64,000 nucleotides of DNA from Macrostomum hystrix (lineage: Eukaryota; Animalia; Platyhelminthes): NCBI GenBank assembly GCA_950097015.1, contig CATNEN010000029.1, positions 4,340,001 to 4,404,000 on the forward strand. The letters are read 5' to 3'. The notes below the pieces were generated by a model, which saw only the letters and a list, made by a program, of their open reading frames with translations, was not told where the DNA came from and did not search any database. Both the position numbers and the translations under genes were made by a program. Within the stretch, counting starts at the first letter, position 1. Each line of letters starts with the position of its first letter. Shown here piece by piece: positions 60,618 through 64,000 of this stretch.

Positions 60618-60983
60618 AGCATCGCAATATTCAAGTGTTACAACGAAAAGGTTTTAATATAAACCAAATCATAGAATTCCCACACCAACAGGTGTAGATT
60701 CATGCAATGGTTCGGATTATTTCAACTTTTAAGATATAAAAAATAGTTATAAATCTAAAATAACGATTGTAAAACAACAGTCGGTTAGCTTTGACCAATC
60801 TGGAAATAATTCAGCATGCGTCTATGAAAAGATTGCAGAGCATCAAGGAGTTATTTTACTAGAAATTTAACCGATAAAAAGAAAAGTTAAAAGTGTGAAT
60901 TAATACGTTTTAAAAAAGTATTACTATCGGTTAGGATTCATTGCTAGAAAAAAATTTAAACACAAGCTACCCGCTTTAGTAAA

Positions 60984-61798
60984 TTGGTGTGGGACAGTCA
61001 CTGGTGTACATTGGTGTGGGACAGTCACTGGTGTACATTGGTGTGGGACAGTCACTGGTGTACATTGGTGTGGGACAGTCACTGGTGTACATTGGTGTGG
61101 GACAGTCACTGGAGTACATTGGTGTGGGACAGTCACTGGTGTACATTGGTGTGGGACAGTCACTGGTGTACATTGGTGTGGGACAGTCACTGGTGTACAT
61201 TGGTGTGGGACAGTCACTGGTGTACATTGGTGTGGGACAGTCACTGGTGTACATTGGTGTGGGACAGTCACTGGTGTACATTGGTGTGGGACAGTCACTG
61301 GTGTACATTGGTGTGGGACAGTCACTGGTGTACATTGGTGTGGGACAGTCACTGGTGTACATTGGTGTGGGACAGTCACTGGTGTACATTGGTGTGGGAC
61401 AGTCACTGGTGTACATTGGTGTGGGACAGTCACTGGTGTACATTGGTGTGGGACAGTCACTGGTGTACATTGGTGTGGGACAGTCACTGGTGTACATTGG
61501 TGTGGGACAGTCACTGGTGTACATTGGTGTGGGACAGTCACTGGTGTACATTGGTGTGGGACAGTCACTGGTGTACATTGGTGTGGGACAGTCACTGGAG
61601 TACATTGGTGTGGGACAGTCACTGGTGTACATTGGTGTGGGACAGTCACTGGTGTACATTGGTGTGGGACAGTCACTGGTGTACATTGGTGTGGGACAGT
61701 CACTGGAGTACATTGGTGTGGGACAGTCACTGGTGTTCATTGGTGTGGGACAGTCACTGGTGTACATTGGTGTGGGACAGTCACTGGTGTACATTGGA
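60984..61798. repeat. 27-bp minisatellite (GTCACTGGTGTACATTGGTGTGGGACA), ~30 near-identical copies
   Basis: Directly visible. Confidence 0.98.
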
Positions 61799-62719
61799 GT
61801 ATGAAATCGGCTACGGAACCAATTAGTAGGTTAAAAGTATCACAACAATCAAAAGTGGTTAATAGATCTAGGAAGTAAATTTGGAAGGGAATGGCATTTA
61901 AATCAAAATGTTTGCATGATTAACCTCTGTATCGGAAGACGATACACTTCCAGACGTTCCTTCGTCCTGTTTAACCAATAATAAAAGTTTCATATTAAAT
62001 TTAATATGCGATAAGCGAAACAAATTAGACACTTAAAGCAAATAATAAATACAATAATAAATACGAGCGTATGAATGAAGTTCCGACCATTTGACCAGCT
62101 CGTGATCACTCACGCACACAAATACTGTTAGCAGCCACACAATTTCAAAGGCACAATCTTTAGATGGATTTAAATTTCAACTGTAATCAAATATTAAATT
62201 TCATCAAAGTTCATTTTTAGTCTGGACAATCCGGTTCTTTGGCAGTTTATATGGGTCGAAACCACCTGTAGGAATTCTGAATAAGTTATTATTGTAGAAT
62301 AATTTTTTTTGTAAATATAAATCTATATCTGAATGCAAGCATCTTGTGCCATGCATATGTTATTGAAAGCTTATTATTGTCTGGCATGCATCTACAATAG
62401 CTTTGAGCTACTTGCCTTCATCGACGATTCAAGGAACTATAAATAGGGCGAACAATGTTTTCAAAGAAATCGGATCGATACAATACATCAAACGAAACGG
62501 TTGACATAACTAGAACAGACTGAAGTAACACAATGGTGAATATAACACTATTTCTATATTGTCAAATGTACAATTTCAGGGCTGAAGGGAGTGGGGCAGT
62601 CACTGGTGTACATTGTTGTGGGGCAGTCACTGGAGTACATTGGTGTTCAATTCAATTCAATTCATCTTACAGTTCATGTCAGATTAATGGGTGATTTAAT
62701 GGCAGGGAGTGAGGTGCGC

Positions 62720-63245
62720 GTCAGATGAATTGGGTGGTGGCTAGGCTGGGAGTTTGGTGGACGTCAGATGAATTGGGTGGTGGCTAGGCTGGGAGTGGGG
62801 TGGACGTCAGATGAATAGGGTGGTGGCTAGGCTGGGAATGGGGTGGACGTCAGATGAATAGGGTGGTGGCCAGGCTGGGAGTGGTGTGGGCGTCAGATGA
62901 ATAGGGTAGTGGCTAGGCTGGGAGTGGGGTGGGCGTCAGATGAATAGGGTGGTGGCTAGGCTGGGAGTGGGGTGGACGTCAGATGAATAGGGTGGTGGCT
63001 AGGCTGGGAGTGGTGTGGGCGTCAGATGAATAGGGTGGTGGGTGGCTAGGCTGGGAGTGGGGTGGACGTCAGATGAATAGGGTTGTGGCTAGGCTAGGAG
63101 TGGGGTGGGCGTCAGATGAATAGGGTTGTGGCTAGGATGGGAGTGGGGTGGACGTCAGATGAATAGGGTGGTGGCTAGGATGGGAGTGGGGTGGGCGTCA
63201 GATAAAAAAGGTGGTGGCTAGGCTGGGAGTGAGGTGGGTGTCAGA
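62720..63245. repeat. 43-bp G-rich minisatellite (GTCAGATGAATAGGGTGGTGGCTAGGCTGGGAGTGGGGTGGAC), ~12 copies
   Basis: Directly visible. Confidence 0.94.
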
Positions 63246-63702
63246 TTAGAAAAAAGTGATGAAAAGTACTGCAGATACTGCAGCATTTTTATATCTGAAC
63301 TAAAAATAACAAATACAAACTCTAAACAAAGCATTTAATACTAAGTCGCGACAAAAATCGAACACCATTCATGTGGCAACGCAGAACAATGTCAGTGCAA
63401 TCAATAGTCACTCACCCCAGTTGACGATCGACTCCGCAAGTCAGTCGCCTCTCTGGAGTCTTCTGCAAAACCAAGGTGGACATTAAAATAAAAAAGATTT
63501 CAGTTTAGCTTGCTTGTAGCCAAGTGGTTAGACAATCTAACTCCACATTGCTTCAGTTCACCCAGCTGTAAATAGTGTACCAGCATTAGCGGGGGCAGAA
63601 TTTTGGGTGGGTATGGCGCCTCCCCAGTCCATGGACTGAACAGCTGTACGCAGCTGTACGAAACTGACCAGAGTTAAACGTAGAGAAGCTGGCGCCTCTG
63701 AC

Positions 63703-64000
63703 TTGTCCGCCGCCGCCGCCGCCGCTGCCACCTCCGGCTCCACCGGCTCTGTTGTAATCAACCGCCGACAATTCCAGCAGTTGCAGCCGGCCATCAACGC
63801 CGCTACTGCTGAGTGTAACGCTGACTCCGCGAATTTTCACCGTCAGACTGCTGGCGGTCCATTGGGCCCGAGGCCTACGCTTCAGGCCGTCTCGAAAGCC
63901 GGCTAGTTCCATGCTGAAGCTAGCTCGCAAATTTAACTCTCCGGTGGACATTTGAATGCCGTGCCGCCTGGAGAAGGACACCCAGTACTCGGAGAGGGTG
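63703..64000 (-). CDS. BLTP2: BLTP2 exon, continues beyond window end
   Basis: EYWVSFSRRHGIQM...GLKRRPRAQW...LLELSAVDYNR; phase-0 donor CAA|GTCAGA chosen by phase. Confidence 0.75.

Noticed and set aside
15210-61826. Long ORFs in tandem arrays (QIQDY, SFRI, ETSGLPL, SQSSDS 311-534 aa, VPHQCTP, EYHHGN etc.)
   Set aside because: They are stop-free by virtue of the repeat unit, open in several frames and strands, and mostly intronic. Nothing supports translation.

Overview
Eukaryotic (animal) genomic DNA, not prokaryotic. It has spliceosomal GT-AG introns, GC-rich exons with long CAG/GCN runs (polyQ/A/G), and roughly 40% of the window in about 22 different tandem arrays. This style suggests a free-living flatworm such as Macrostomum (inference only). 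In order: (1) the 5' half of an apparently intact Ty3/gypsy LTR retrotransposon on the minus strand, with LTR, tRNA-Leu-type PBS, gag, a GGGAAAC -1 frameshift site, and pol PR-RT-RNaseH running off the window start; (2) a two-exon Rad6/UBE2A gene whose intron minisatellite is split by a ~5.3 kb TE-like insertion; (3) a repeat-rich spacer dominated by a 9.25 kb 16-bp satellite with higher-order structure; (4) a four-exon Distal-less gene; (5) a six-exon DCLK3-type doublecortin kinase (minus) with a decayed Tc1/IS630-type transposase in intron 1; (6) the 3' part of a BLTP2/KIAA0100/hobbit gene (minus). The most unusual signals are a triplicated PBS-like module in the gypsy leader, a predicted frameshift pseudoknot, an orphan perfect tRNA-Leu PBS in a DCLK intron, a polyQ tract that doubles as a tandem splice acceptor, and kb-scale higher-order repeats. 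No clear-cut new system is demonstrated. All family assignments are from motif recognition, with no database search.
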